From Pirellulales bacterium (GTDB lineage: Bacteria > Planctomycetota > Planctomycetia > Pirellulales > PALSA-1355): a DNA stretch of 64,000 nt. The translations under genes were made by a program, and so were the position numbers. Location of the stretch: assembly GCA_963733035.1 (NCBI GenBank), contig CAVTBU010000005.1, positions 2,336,001 through 2,400,000 on the forward strand, in the 5' to 3' direction. The notes below the pieces were generated by a model that had not been told where the DNA came from, searched no databases, and saw only the letters and a program-made list of their open reading frames with translations. Positions 10,704 to 21,547 of the stretch are shown here, piece by piece; position 1 is the first letter of the stretch; each line of letters opens with the position of its first letter.

Positions 10704-10854
10704 GAGAACCTATCGAACGTGAGTACCAGTATTGCGTCGCCCGTTTCTGCTTCTCGTTCCATACAAGAACTTCGATTATACTCCGGCAACATGGCCTGTT
10801 GATCCGACTTTGACGTGCGAATCTACCGACGACTGCAGACAATACGGTGCATCC

Positions 10855-11160
10855 ATGAGCGATCGGCCCGATTGGCTTCCCGAGCCCGTGCGTCCGTCCG
10901 GCCCACCGCTCAGCGAACGCTTGCATGTCGGGGCTGCCAGCGTCGCGTCCTTGCTGCTGGGAGTACTCGGCACCGTGATGCTTGGAACGGCTCTGTTCAT
11001 GACCATCGCCGGGTTCACAGGTTTTAACCGCCACGTCGACTTCCGCGTGGTGGTGTCGTATGTCGTGCCCGGCCTGTTTATGACGACGCTGGCGTACTTG
11101 CTGCGTTGGTGTTTGCGCCGTGTTCGACCTCAAGTGTACAAGCCACGCCCACCCGCCTGA
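10855..11160 (+). CDS. Small two-TM hypothetical protein
   Basis: Two hydrophobic segments; sits 21 nt upstream of fhcC. Confidence 0.5.
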   Translation: MSDRPDWLPEPVRPSGPPLSERLHVGAASVASLLLGVLGTVMLGTALFMTIAGFTGFNRHVDFRVVVSYVVPGLFMTTLAYLLRWCLRRVRPQVYKPRPPA

Positions 11161-11181
11161 ACCATTCGATCAACCTTTCTC

Positions 11182-11997
11182 ATGCCCTTGCGTCTAAAGT
11201 ACAAACAGCCGCAGTCCGTGCCCGTCGAAGTCGAGGGGCTGCTCCCCGAAGCCGTATGCGCACTCTCTGTGCCCGAAATCGAACAGTTTGAAATCTTTCG
11301 CGGCAACCAAAAGCTGCCGCTGGCCGAGTTGTTCGACGTCAGCGGTGATGCGAGCGACTTGCAAATGGAGTTCGAGGGGGATCTGTCGGGCGTGCACTGG
11401 ATCGGCGCCAAGATGGCCGCCGGCTCGGTTCGCATCAACGGCCCCGCGGGCCGGCACGTCGGCAGCGAGATGTCGGCCGGTACGATCCACGTGCACGGCG
11501 ACGCCGGCGATTGGGTCGGGGGCGAACTGCACGGCGGATTGATTCATATTCACGGCCGAGCCGGCAACTTGATCGGCGCGGCCTATCGCGGCAGCAAGCG
11601 CGGCATGACGGGTGGCACGATCCTCGTCGAAGGACCGGTCGGCGACGAAATCGGCCACACCCTGCGCCGCGGCCTGATCGCGGTCGGCGGCGCGGGAGAC
11701 TTCGCCGGCATCAACATGATCGCCGGCACGCTTCTGATCTTTGGCCCCGTGGGCGTGCGCACCGGAGCCGGCATGCGCCGCGGCACCATCGGTTTGCTGG
11801 GCGGCGGCCCGCCCTCCCTCCTGCCGACGTTCCGCCGCGGCGGCAGCGACAAGCTGCTGATCCAGAAGCTCGTGCTCCGCGAGCTACAGCACCTGGGCTA
11901 CCCCTTCGACCCCGCCCTGCTGGAAGCCAGCTACCAGCTGTACCACGGCGACGAAGTGACGGTCGGCCGTGGGGAGTTGTTGGTGCCGGTGGGTTAG
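11182..11997 (+). CDS. fhcC: Formylmethanofuran dehydrogenase / formyltransferase-hydrolase complex subunit C
   Basis: Beta-helix GxxMxxG repeats (GAKMAAG, GSEMSAG, AAYRGSKRGMTGG, GAGMRRGTI) and C-terminal GD...GRGELL. Confidence 0.9.
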   Translation: MPLRLKYKQPQSVPVEVEGLLPEAVCALSVPEIEQFEIFRGNQKLPLAELFDVSGDASDLQMEFEGDLSGVHWIGAKMAAGSVRINGPAGRHVGSEMSAGTIHVHGDAGDWVGGELHGGLIHIHGRAGNLIGAAYRGSKRGMTGGTILVEGPVGDEIGHTLRRGLIAVGGAGDFAGINMIAGTLLIFGPVGVRTGAGMRRGTIGLLGGGPPSLLPTFRRGGSDKLLIQKLVLRELQHLGYPFDPALLEASYQLYHGDEVTVGRGELLVPVG

Positions 11998-12112
11998 GCT
12001 ACTCGCTGCTACTTTCACTAGGTTAGCGGACGAAATCCACGTTAGCACACTGCCGCATGCCGTGCCTCCAGCATCGTTGCACGGATCTGCGGGAAGCCGC
12101 GACGCGAATCGC

Positions 12113-12163
12113 TTGACACCTCAGATACTTTGTCTTAGAATCCACGTCAGACGTGTTATCTGA
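12113..12163 (+). promoter_or_regulatory. Sigma70 promoter with two TCAGA-N7-TCT(G/T)A operators upstream of the blaI-like gene
   Basis: TTGACA (12113-12118), 17-bp spacer, TAGAAT (12136-12141); palindromes at 12121-12137 and 12147-12163. Confidence 0.75.
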
Positions 12164-12207
12164 GGTTTGTTGGTTTTCCACCCGGTCCTGCGGATCGCTA
12201 CGATACG

Positions 12208-12606
12208 ATGGCCCAAATTCGCCTCACCGATGCGGAATTTGCCGTGCTTGAACCGCTGTGGCATGACGGGCCGCGGACGATTCGGCAGTTGACAGCGCGG
12301 CTCTATCCGGGGCAGTCGACCTCGGACTATGCGACCGTGCAAAAACTGCTCGAACGGCTGGAGGCAAAAGGTTGCGTCCGGCGCGATCGCTCGGCGCTGG
12401 CGCATGTGTTTCGGGCCACGATTGCCCGCGAGCAGCTCATCGACGAGCAATTGCGGCAGATTGCCGATCGGCTGTGCGACGGATCGCTGGTGCCGGTATT
12501 GAATCAACTGGTCCGCCAGGTGCCGCTCTCGCGCGACGAACTGGCCGACTTGAAGAAGCTGCTGGATACGCACGCCAAACGTCCCCGCTCCGAACGCAAA
12601 TCATGA
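12208..12606 (+). CDS. BlaI/MecI/CopY family transcriptional repressor
   Basis: LTDAEFAVLEPLW, YATVQKLLERLEAKG and DGSLVPVL. Confidence 0.9.
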   Translation: MAQIRLTDAEFAVLEPLWHDGPRTIRQLTARLYPGQSTSDYATVQKLLERLEAKGCVRRDRSALAHVFRATIAREQLIDEQLRQIADRLCDGSLVPVLNQLVRQVPLSRDELADLKKLLDTHAKRPRSERKS

Positions 12607-14177
12607 ACGCCTGGCTCGAAATCGGATTGTCGAACGCGGTGGTGGCCACGGCACTGGCCGCGCTGGTGTGGTGCCTGACGCGCATCGTGCGGCGCCCGAA
12701 GTTCGCCTTCGTGCTGTGGTCGCTGGTGCTGGTCAAGTTGCTCGTGCCCGGCGTGGGCGCCGGCTGGACGACGTATCGGATGACGATTCCGCGGAGCGAG
12801 CCAGCCCTGGTTTCGCAAGTTGCGGATGAGCCCGCGACTCAGATGCCCGTTGCGGCAAGCAAAATGGCGCCCATCGTTCGTAAGGATTCGGTCGAACCGG
12901 CTGCGATGCCACAGGCGACCGATGCGGTCGCCGAGCGGATCAATCCAGTTGAGACGAAGCAACTTGCCGAAACGCCGCCGTCCGAGCCGTGGGACATCTC
13001 TTGGACCAGTCTTGTCGGCATCGCCTGGCTCGCGGGCTCGGTCCTGTGGCTGCTGGTGGCGGTTTTTCGCTTGCTCCGATTTCAACGCCTGTTGGCGCGG
13101 GCGCCGCTGGCTGGCGAGGCGCTCACGGCTGAAGTTGCCGGGCTCTGCCGACGACTGAAGATCAAAACGATTCCGACCGTGCGGGTAACGATCGCCGCCG
13201 TGACTCCGTTGGTGTGGTCCACCTTGGGACGCTCGACCGTGCTGCTGCCGCAAGTACTCGTCGACCGCCTGGATGACGATGAGCGCACGACGCTGATCGC
13301 GCACGAATTGGCCCACGTGGCGCGCCACGACGGCTGGGTGCGGTGGCTGGAACTGGCGGCCGTCGGCGTCTACTGGTGGCATCCGGTCGCCTGGTGGGCA
13401 CGACGCAACGTCGCGCGGGCCGGAGAACTGTGTTGCGACGCGACGGTTGTCGACCTGCTGCCGGAGATGGCGCACGCCTATGCCCGCACGCTGTTGGCGG
13501 CGGTTGAGTTTTGTGGTGGAGCTCGGTCGGCGCTACCCGCCGGATCGAGTGGATTTTCGCAAGCCAGCACTCTTAAAAGGAGGATGGAAATGATTCTGGC
13601 ACATCGGCAAACGCAACGTCTTGGCTGGCCGCTACGACTGGCCATGGTCGGTTTGGCAGCCGTGGTGCTGCCGGCGTCGATCGGCGCGGTCGCGGCCCCG
13701 CCTGACAGCTCGCCGGCCGCAGCGAAAGCGGCCTCGTCAGCGGCCAAGCCGGGCCGTTCGGTCGAGGAGCGGCTGGACCGGCTCGAAAAAATGATCGAAG
13801 CCTTGACGCGGGAAGTTCGCGCCATGCGGTCGGCGGAGATCGCCAACGCCGAGCCGGCGGTGATCAAAACCGTTCCGGAAAACGGCGCCGAGGACGTCGA
13901 TCCAAACCTCGCCGAGATTCGTGTCACGTTCAACAAGGACATGCAAGACGGCACGTGGTCGTGGACGCAGCGCTCGGACGACACGTTTCCGGAAGTCACG
14001 GGCAAGATCCACTACCTCGACGACCACCGCACTTGCGTGCTGCCAGTCAAACTGCAGCCGGGCAAGACCTATTACCTGAGCATCAACTCCGCGCGGTTCC
14101 GCAACTTCCAGGACACCAGCCGGCGGCCCGCGGTGCCGTATCCCATCGCGTTCAAAACCAAGGGGGCCGCGGAGTAG
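12603..14177 (+). CDS. BlaR1-like M56 metallopeptidase with coiled coil and C-terminal Ig-like domain
   Basis: AHELAHVARHD, WWHPVAWW and ELCCD; C-terminal VIKTVPENGAEDVDP...IRVTFNKDM; ATGA coupling to blaI-like gene. Confidence 0.9.
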   Translation: MNAWLEIGLSNAVVATALAALVWCLTRIVRRPKFAFVLWSLVLVKLLVPGVGAGWTTYRMTIPRSEPALVSQVADEPATQMPVAASKMAPIVRKDSVEPAAMPQATDAVAERINPVETKQLAETPPSEPWDISWTSLVGIAWLAGSVLWLLVAVFRLLRFQRLLARAPLAGEALTAEVAGLCRRLKIKTIPTVRVTIAAVTPLVWSTLGRSTVLLPQVLVDRLDDDERTTLIAHELAHVARHDGWVRWLELAAVGVYWWHPVAWWARRNVARAGELCCDATVVDLLPEMAHAYARTLLAAVEFCGGARSALPAGSSGFSQASTLKRRMEMILAHRQTQRLGWPLRLAMVGLAAVVLPASIGAVAAPPDSSPAAAKAASSAAKPGRSVEERLDRLEKMIEALTREVRAMRSAEIANAEPAVIKTVPENGAEDVDPNLAEIRVTFNKDMQDGTWSWTQRSDDTFPEVTGKIHYLDDHRTCVLPVKLQPGKTYYLSINSARFRNFQDTSRRPAVPYPIAFKTKGAAE

Positions 14178-14318
14178 TTACGCAATCCGTTCGAGCAAGC
14201 CGATTCAGGCTCCGTGCGCACTTATTGAGGGTGGAGTTCTTGCGCATTCAAAAGTGCTCGAATTCGGAGGGGGAACGCGTTAAGATACGTGCGCTCGTGC
14301 CTCCTTGGAGTCCATGTC

Positions 14319-14591
14319 ATGTCGGATGAGCAAACTCGGCTATTGCAACAGATCCTCGACGTTTCGAAAGAACAGTTGGCCTTTGTAAAACAGCAACGCG
14401 AGGAATTGATGGCCATGCAGCGCACCGCGCTGCAAGGTCAAAAATCAAGCCTGCGGATGTCGCGATTCGTGATCGCATTCATGTTAATCGCGGTGGCCCT
14501 GCTTATTGCGGTCTCCGTGCTGTCGTCACGCAACGAGGATGTAAAGCAGCCCACTGAACAGGCAGGCTTTATGGACGAAGCAGAACTCTGA
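14319..14591 (+). CDS. Small hypothetical membrane protein
   Basis: GGAG RBS, coiled-coil N-terminus and one TM segment. Confidence 0.6.
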   Translation: MSDEQTRLLQQILDVSKEQLAFVKQQREELMAMQRTALQGQKSSLRMSRFVIAFMLIAVALLIAVSVLSSRNEDVKQPTEQAGFMDEAEL

Positions 14592-14705
14592 CTGCCGATT
14601 GGCCCACGTGCGAAAAGAGCATCGCCGGCTTGGCGATGCTCGGCCGGGGCGTCATAATGGGCTGCCATCCACCCTGCCCAATTGGCCCACCCCGGAGCTG
14701 CCGCC

Positions 14706-15134
14706 ATGAAGTGTCGCCTGTCCATCGTTCTTGGCCTGTTGATCGTCGCCACGACTCTGCTAACGCGCAGCCGCGGCGCTGGCGCGGAGGATGCCCAGCC
14801 AACCCGCTTGTTCGAACTGCGCACCTATACCACGAACGACGGCAAGCTCGACGAGCTGCACAAGCGGTTTCGCGAGCACACGAACAAGTTATTTGTGAAG
14901 CACGGCATGGAACTCGTCGGCTATTGGACGCCGGCCGAAGGTCCGGAAGCCGACAACACGCTGGTCTACATGCTGGCCTATCCGAGCCGTGAAGCCCGCG
15001 ACGCATCGTGGAAGGCGTTCCTGGCCGATCCCGATTGGCAGGCGGCCTACAAGGCATCGCACGCCAATGGACCGCTGGTGAAGAAAGTGGATAGCAAGTT
15101 TTTGAACCCCACCGACTACTCGCCGATCAAGTAG
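14706..15134 (+). CDS. NIPSNAP family protein (secreted)
   Basis: FELRTYT, GMELVGYW, LAYPSREARDASWKAF and PTDYSPIK. Confidence 0.9.
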   Translation: MKCRLSIVLGLLIVATTLLTRSRGAGAEDAQPTRLFELRTYTTNDGKLDELHKRFREHTNKLFVKHGMELVGYWTPAEGPEADNTLVYMLAYPSREARDASWKAFLADPDWQAAYKASHANGPLVKKVDSKFLNPTDYSPIK

Positions 15135-15223
15135 TTTCGCAGATCGCTGCAAATCGCTCGCGCGTCGTTGCGTGGGATTCGATCGGCTGGCGGCGGGTAA
15201 ATCTGTTTAGGAGTAGAAGCAAG

Positions 15224-15817
15224 ATGACCGACCGCGAACGCTGGACGGTTTACCCGTTGTTGTTTTTGGCCCTGGGCGTTTCCCTCAAGGACAAGCTGAC
15301 CCAGTCGATCACCACCAATGAGGTTCGCTGCAAAGCGATGATCTGCAACGAGCTATTGGTCGCCAACGCCGCCGGAACCGACCGCCTGCAAGCCGTCGGT
15401 GGAAACTTGCAGGCCAACAGCCTGATCGTCGGTGAAAAGAAGGACCAGCGTGTGGCCCTGTCCGACGGCACCGTGCGGGCGCCGAAGCTGTTTTGTGGCG
15501 CGCTCGTGGTGGCCAATGCGGAAGGAAAGGAAACGGCTGCGATCTCGACCAACGAATTCGGCGGCTTCGTGCGAGTGACGGGAATTCCGAGCGGCACGGT
15601 CACCCTGTTGGGCAATACCGATCAAGTCGCCGGACTGTTCTTCATCGATCCGCGCGGCGCAGTGCATGCCGGCCCGATCTTCGCCTCGCCGATCTCCACC
15701 AAAAGGCCGGCCGAAAGCAAATCCACCCCGCCCGTGAAGGCCAGTCCCATGACAGAGTCGGAGACGCAGGACGACAACGAACCGGCCGAAGCGGCACCGG
15801 CGGCGAAACCCAAGTAA
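15224..15817 (+). CDS. Hypothetical planctomycete protein
   Basis: AGGAG RBS; N-terminal RERWTVYPLLFLALG anchor. Confidence 0.7.
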   Translation: MTDRERWTVYPLLFLALGVSLKDKLTQSITTNEVRCKAMICNELLVANAAGTDRLQAVGGNLQANSLIVGEKKDQRVALSDGTVRAPKLFCGALVVANAEGKETAAISTNEFGGFVRVTGIPSGTVTLLGNTDQVAGLFFIDPRGAVHAGPIFASPISTKRPAESKSTPPVKASPMTESETQDDNEPAEAAPAAKPK

Positions 15818-15866
15818 CTTGCTGCACCGCATCGACCGGCTGAATTGGCCGCGGCTGCTCGCGCGA

Positions 15867-16148
15867 TTACTTGGGCGCGAACCGGAAGCGAATGTGCTCG
15901 ACGAGCACACGACGATACTCTTCGGCGTCGACGTCGCGCTCGCTGCACACCAAAAACAGCGATCCGTCGTCGCGGAAGTTGTCGTCCCAGGCTATCAACT
16001 GCTCGTCACTCCAGGTCGGATCGTACTCGGCCAGCTTCTCGTCCGACATGCGGCTGAAATACGCCCGCAGGTTGATGTCGGTTTCGTCCATGGCCATGCC
16101 GGCCGGCATGCGTTCGTAATTGATTTCGTCCGCGTTCGGATTGCTCAT
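15867..16148 (-). CDS. Small acidic hypothetical protein
   Basis: Coherent 93-aa ORF with host-like codon usage. Confidence 0.65.
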   Translation of the reverse strand: MSNPNADEINYERMPAGMAMDETDINLRAYFSRMSDEKLAEYDPTWSDEQLIAWDDNFRDDGSLFLVCSERDVDAEEYRRVLVEHIRFRFAPK

Positions 16149-16279
16149 TGCCACAGATCTCACTGGAAAGGATCGAAGGAAGTGACTCGCCGACGAACTT
16201 CATTGTACCCGGAGGCCGGGGCGGAAAACACTTCTCCGACCGTTTCTCGCCGCGCCGCCCCTTGCCAGACTGATCCTGG

Positions 16280-16681
16280 CTACGGCCCGAACTCCACCTT
16301 GTCGGCCAGGTCGCGTACGACGTTGAGTGGAATGCCGTCGCGCTCGAGGTCTTGCAAGTTTCGATACGGCCGGCCGGCGAAAATGTGGGCGGCCATCGAC
16401 GAATTGATGCCCGGCAGGCTCTGAATCTGGAAGAACGACGCCGAGTTGATATCCACCTTGCGCGGCACGTAGGGGGCAATCAGCGGCCGCGTCGGCTCGC
16501 TGGGTGCTGGGCTTGGCTCGGCGGGCTTGAGCGGCGTGGGCCGATGCGAGCGAAACAGGGGCCACAGCCTGAGCAATAGCTCGGGTGGCGGCTGGATATT
16601 GCCGTAACTTGCCGGCGCCGCAACCCATAGCGCCGCCAGCATCACGATCGTTCCGCCACAGATTCTTCGCAACCCTGGCAT
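16280..16681 (-). CDS. Secreted helix-hairpin-helix (ComEA-like) protein
   Basis: KVDINSAS...SLPGI...GRPY...DL; GAGGAG RBS; signal peptide. Confidence 0.75.
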   Translation of the reverse strand: MPGLRRICGGTIVMLAALWVAAPASYGNIQPPPELLLRLWPLFRSHRPTPLKPAEPSPAPSEPTRPLIAPYVPRKVDINSASFFQIQSLPGINSSMAAHIFAGRPYRNLQDLERDGIPLNVVRDLADKVEFGP

Positions 16682-16885
16682 ATTCGCTCCTCCTCGCTTG
16701 GGAATGCCGAAGTCCGGCGGCCTTCCCCGCGTCAATTGTACAACATAATTGAGGGAACTCGCGGCACGACTCGCACGGCCGGCAATTGCTGGACAACCGG
16801 GCAACTCGCTCGCGACAATGCGGCGAAACGGTGCCTTGCGGCAACTCGCACAATCATCGGACTTTCCGCACCTCGGAGCGACACC

Positions 16886-17853
16886 ATGGAGCGACGCGAA
16901 TTTCTCGGCGGCACGCTGTCCGCCACCTTCTTGGCGCAGAAGCGAAGCAGAAATCGAAACCGGCCACGCCGCCGCAATTGGCCGGCGACGTGACTCAAGT
17001 TCCGCGGCCGCTGATCGAACGGGCCGCCTCCGGCCAGCCGCATCGGGGCAAAGTGCTGGCCACCATCGCCCCGCATTCCGACGATCACTCGATCCTGGCA
17101 GGCGGCACGATCGCCAAGCTGATCGCCGAGGGCTACACCGGCTACCTGATCCGAACCAGCAACGACGAAATGGACTCCTACGATCTGTCAAAGGGCGAGA
17201 CGGTGGCGGCCAACGAATCCGACAACCAGCGGATGGCCCAGGTGCTGGGCATCAAGCAGGTATTCGATTTGAACTACCGCAATCACTCGATGGACGACGT
17301 CTCGCGCGTCGAGTTTCGCAGCCGATTGATCTTTCTGATTCGCCTGCTGAAGATCGACACCATTTTCAGTTACGACCCCTGGGGGCACTACGAAGAGAAC
17401 CCCGACCACTACGTCACGGCCCAGTGCGTCGAGGCCGCCTGCTGGATGGCCGCCGGTCATCTTGACTTTCCGGAACATTTCGCCGCCGGGCTGAAGCCGC
17501 ATGCCGTGCGCGAAAAATACTACTACGCCCGCGGCCCGCAACTCGTCAATCGCGTGGTCGACATCTCCGGCACGATCGAACAGAAACTGGCGGCGATTCG
17601 CGCCAACCGCACGATGATCGCGCACATGGTCGGCGAATTTCGCGACGAACTGGCGACGCGCAATCTCAAATTACCGGAACTGGAGGGAGGCACCGACGCG
17701 GCCATTGCGGCTTATGTCGACCTGCGGTTCCGCAGCGGGTTTGCCAAACGCGGCGAACCGTACGGACTGGCCTACGCCGAGCAGTTCCACTACATCGGCC
17801 CCGATACGTCGCTGGACGACTACATCGAAAAGCACGCCGTGCCAATCAAGTGA
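16886..17853 (+). CDS. PIG-L/LmbE family deacetylase with Tat signal; frameshift near 16935
   Basis: MERREFLGG lies in one frame; APHSDD, GGTIAKL and NPDH lie in the next. Confidence 0.8.
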
Positions 17854-17890
17854 GGCGTTGCAATTGGAATGACGCGACAAACGCGTAAGG

Positions 17891-19114
17891 CTACTTGCCA
17901 ATTGCGATCAGGTGCTTCTCGCCGCGGAAGATGAGTTGGCCGTGGCTGATGGCCGGCGAGGCGTAGGAGTATTCGCCGAGATCGTTTTCGGCGAACACTT
18001 CGAGCTTTTCGCCGGGGCGGACGATCGTGGTATGCCCCTCGTCGGAAGTGAAGTACACGAGGCCTCCGGCCGAGACCAGCGAACTGGAGTAGTGCGTGCC
18101 GATTCGCTCCATCCAGAGCCGCTTGCCGGTCTGGGCCTGAAAGCAACTGGCCACGCCGCCGTCGGAGACGACCAGAAAATAATCGCCCGCCGCGATCGGC
18201 GAAGGGACGTAGCTGGCCCCCTTTTTGGTGCGCCAGGCGATGTGCGTATCGGTGACGTTGCCGTGTCCGTCCGGGCGGATGGCCAGCATGTGCAACTCGG
18301 GAAAACCGGCCGTCAGGAACAAGAGATCGCCGTTGTAGACCATCGAGGCCACGAACTGCTCGGTCGGTCCGTCGATGATCCAGTGCCGCGAACCATCGTG
18401 CGGATCGTAACTGGCAACGCACTTGGAGCCCGAGAGAATCATTTGCGTGCGGCCATCGATTTGGCGGATGATGGGCGTGACGTAGCTGCGGGTTTTGTTT
18501 TCGCGATTGGTTTTCCAGCGCAACAGGCCGGTGGCCTTGTCGAGAGCCACGATGTAGGCGTCGCCGTCGTGATCTCCGTTGACAATCACTTCGTCCTCGA
18601 ACAGGACGGGGCAACTGCAATAGCCGTGCTTGCTGGAGAAGCCGCCGGGGCGAACCAGCCACCGCTGGCGGCCGTCGAAGTCGTAGGCGGCCACGACCAT
18701 TTCGGTTCGGTCGAGAAAGGTGACGTAGACCAGCTCGCCGTCGGTGGTCGGGGTGCTCGAAGCGAAGCTGTTGAGCTGATGCTTGTCTTCCAGCGGCGAT
18801 TCGAGCACAAGCTGTTGCCAAAGCTGCTGGCCGCTGGTGCGATCGTAGCAGACGAGGAGTCGCTGTCGGGCTTCTTCCAAACACGAGGCCACAAAGATCC
18901 GGTCGTCCCAGACGATTGGCGAGGCATGCCCCTTGCCGGGCACTTCGACCTTCCAGGCGACGTTTTGCTCGGGGCCCCAGGCCGTTGGGATGCCGGTTTC
19001 CGTGCTGGTGCCATCGCCACGCGGCCCGCGCCACTGGGGCCAATTTTCGGCGGCGGCCGAACCTGCCAGGGCCAGCCAACATCCAAGCAGGCAGAGTGTG
19101 CGGAAGGGCTTCAT
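17891..19114 (-). CDS. PQQ-binding-like beta-propeller protein (BamB-like)
   Basis: ENWPQWRGPRGDG, GHASPIVW and ASPAISHG. Confidence 0.9.
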   Translation of the reverse strand: MKPFRTLCLLGCWLALAGSAAAENWPQWRGPRGDGTSTETGIPTAWGPEQNVAWKVEVPGKGHASPIVWDDRIFVASCLEEARQRLLVCYDRTSGQQLWQQLVLESPLEDKHQLNSFASSTPTTDGELVYVTFLDRTEMVVAAYDFDGRQRWLVRPGGFSSKHGYCSCPVLFEDEVIVNGDHDGDAYIVALDKATGLLRWKTNRENKTRSYVTPIIRQIDGRTQMILSGSKCVASYDPHDGSRHWIIDGPTEQFVASMVYNGDLLFLTAGFPELHMLAIRPDGHGNVTDTHIAWRTKKGASYVPSPIAAGDYFLVVSDGGVASCFQAQTGKRLWMERIGTHYSSSLVSAGGLVYFTSDEGHTTIVRPGEKLEVFAENDLGEYSYASPAISHGQLIFRGEKHLIAIGK

Positions 19115-19312
19115 CGAGGCGGGCTCCAGGGGGCGTGGGGGAGGACGGGTGCGGGAATCTCCCGATTTTAGCACCTCGGCCACCTCGAAGCACCTGCCAC
19201 CTCCGACCCCCCGCGTATCAGGCGCTCTTTGCGGAACACCGCCCCAGAGTTAATCTGGTTCGATCGGCCAAACAATTTTTTCTCATTGGTGCGGTCTTAC
19301 GCGCTTCGCTTG

Positions 19313-21117
19313 ATGTATCTGCTCGCACTTGCCTTGGCCGATCTCTCCATCACACCAGCCCAGTTCACGCTCGGCGTGGTCGCCCTGGTATTCGTGATGC
19401 TGGCTTTCAGCCGGCTGACGCCCGACGTGATCCTGGTCGGCGCGGTCGTGCTGCTATTGCTCAGCGGCGTGATCAACGCCAAGCAGGCGCTGGGCGGTTT
19501 TTCGAACGAGGGCATGATCACGATCGGCGTTTTGTTCATCGTTGGCACGGCCGTGCGCGAAACGGGGGCGGTCGACTTCATTACGGCGCGGCTGTTCGGC
19601 CGACCCAAGACTCCCGAAGCGGCCATCACGCGGATGGTGTTTCCGACGATGGGACTGAGCGCGCTGATGAACAATACGCCGCTGGTGGCGATGATGATTC
19701 CAGCCGTGAGCGATTGGGCTCGCACCAATCGTTTTCCGGTTTCAAAGCTGATGATCCCGCTCAGTTACGCCGCTATCCTCGGCGGCACCTGCACGCTGAT
19801 CGGCACGAGCACCAATCTGATCGTTCGCGCCATGCTGATCGACGCCGTGCCCGGTGGACCCAGCATCGGCATGTTCGATATATCTTGGGTGGGTATTCCC
19901 GCGGCTCTGGCCGGCGGGCTGTTCATTATTCTCACCAGCCGCTGGCTACTGCCGGACCGCCGCCCGGCAATCAGCACCACCGACGACCCGCGCGAGTACA
20001 CGGTCGAAATGCAGGTGGCGCCCGAGGGCCCACTGATCGGAAAAACGATCGAGGACGCCGGACTGCGTCACTTGCCGGGCGTGTACCTGGCCGAGATCGA
20101 CCGCAACGGCAGCGTCATTCCGGCCGTATCGCCGCGGGAAGTCTTGCGAGCCAACGACCGCTTGCTGTTCGTGGGCATCGTCGAGTCGGTGGTCGATTTG
20201 CAGCGGATTCGCGGCCTGTTGCCGGCAACTGATCAGGTGGCCAAGCTCAGCGCGCCCCGGCCGCAACGCTGCCTGATCGAGGCCGTGGTGTCGAACAGTT
20301 GTCCGCTGGTGGGCAAGACAATTCGCGACGGGCGATTTCGCAATGTGTATAACGCCGTGGTGGTGGCCGTGGCCCGCAACGGCGAGCGGTTGCAGAAGAA
20401 GATTGGCGACATCGTGTTGCGCACGGCGATACGCTGCTAGTCGAGGCGCATCCGTCGTTTGCCGACCAGCAGCGCAACAGCCGCGACTTCTTTCTCGTCA
20501 GCCGCCTGGAAGGAACCAACCCTCCACGGCACGATCGGGCCTGGATCGCAATCGCGATTCTGGTGGGGATGGTGGCCGCGGTGACACTCGAGTGGCTGCC
20601 AATGCTGCAGGCGGCGCTGCTGGCCGCGGCTCTGATGCTGGTAACCCGCTGCGTCACCGTGGAAGCGGCGCGGCGGAGCATCGACTGGGAGGTCCTGTTG
20701 GCGATTGCGGCGTCGCTGTCATTGGGCGTGGCGCTGGAAACCACCAAGGCCGCCGAGCAAATCACACAGGAGATGATTGCGCTGGCTGGCGGCAGCCCCT
20801 GGATCGCCCTGGTGATGATTTACGCAATCACGCTGATTGTCACCGAACTGGTCACTAATAATGCGGCGGCCGCGCTGATGTTCCCATTCGCGCTCACCAC
20901 GGCCGAGGGTTTGAACGTCAACTACATGCCCTACATGATTGCCGTGATGATGGGCGCCAGCGCCGGCTTTGCCACCCCGATCGGCTACCAAACCAACCTG
21001 ATGGTCTACGGTCCCGGCGGCTACCGATTCAGCGACTACATGAAGATTGGCGTGCCGCTGGATATCCTGGTGATGATCATCACGGTGATTCTGGCGCCGC
21101 TGGTTTGGCCGTTTTAA
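19313..21117 (+). CDS. SLC13/CitMHS-type permease with TrkA-C domains; frameshift near 20425
   Basis: MNNTPLVA, GGTCTLIGTSTNL, two TrkA-C-like segments and TPIGYQTNLMVYGPGGY. Confidence 0.9.
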
Positions 21118-21185
21118 CTGGCCGGCGAGAAGGGTAGGCCGCGGAGCAGGCCGAGCGAGTTTGAATTCTCGATTGGTTGACAGTC

Positions 21186-21359
21186 ATGAAGGCTCGTCAA
21201 TTTGGCCTGGGCAGTCTGTTTGGCGCGGCAGTGATTGCCGGTATCTATCTGGCAACATGGCAATACATGCACCGTGCGCCCGCATTGGCAACCGTGCTGC
21301 TAGTGGCCGCGCTTTCATTGGTGGTATGGGTCGGATGGAGCTGGTTGGATCGCCATTGA
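21186..21359 (+). CDS. Small two-TM hypothetical protein
   Basis: RQFGLGSLF N-terminus, typical of small planctomycete membrane proteins. Confidence 0.45.
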   Translation: MKARQFGLGSLFGAAVIAGIYLATWQYMHRAPALATVLLVAALSLVVWVGWSWLDRH

Positions 21360-21547
21360 AGATTCAACGAGCCGTCGTACGCGAGCCGAGGGCCTTGGCG
21401 GACAAGCAATCTGGCAACGGCCGCACAAAACGTGGCCACACACTTACTGCACTTGGGGCGGTCTCGGGTAAGATGAGGACGTGGCCGGACCATTCTCCAA
21501 GCAGCGGATGCCGACGACAAGTTTCCTCGTTTGCAGAGATACCTACC

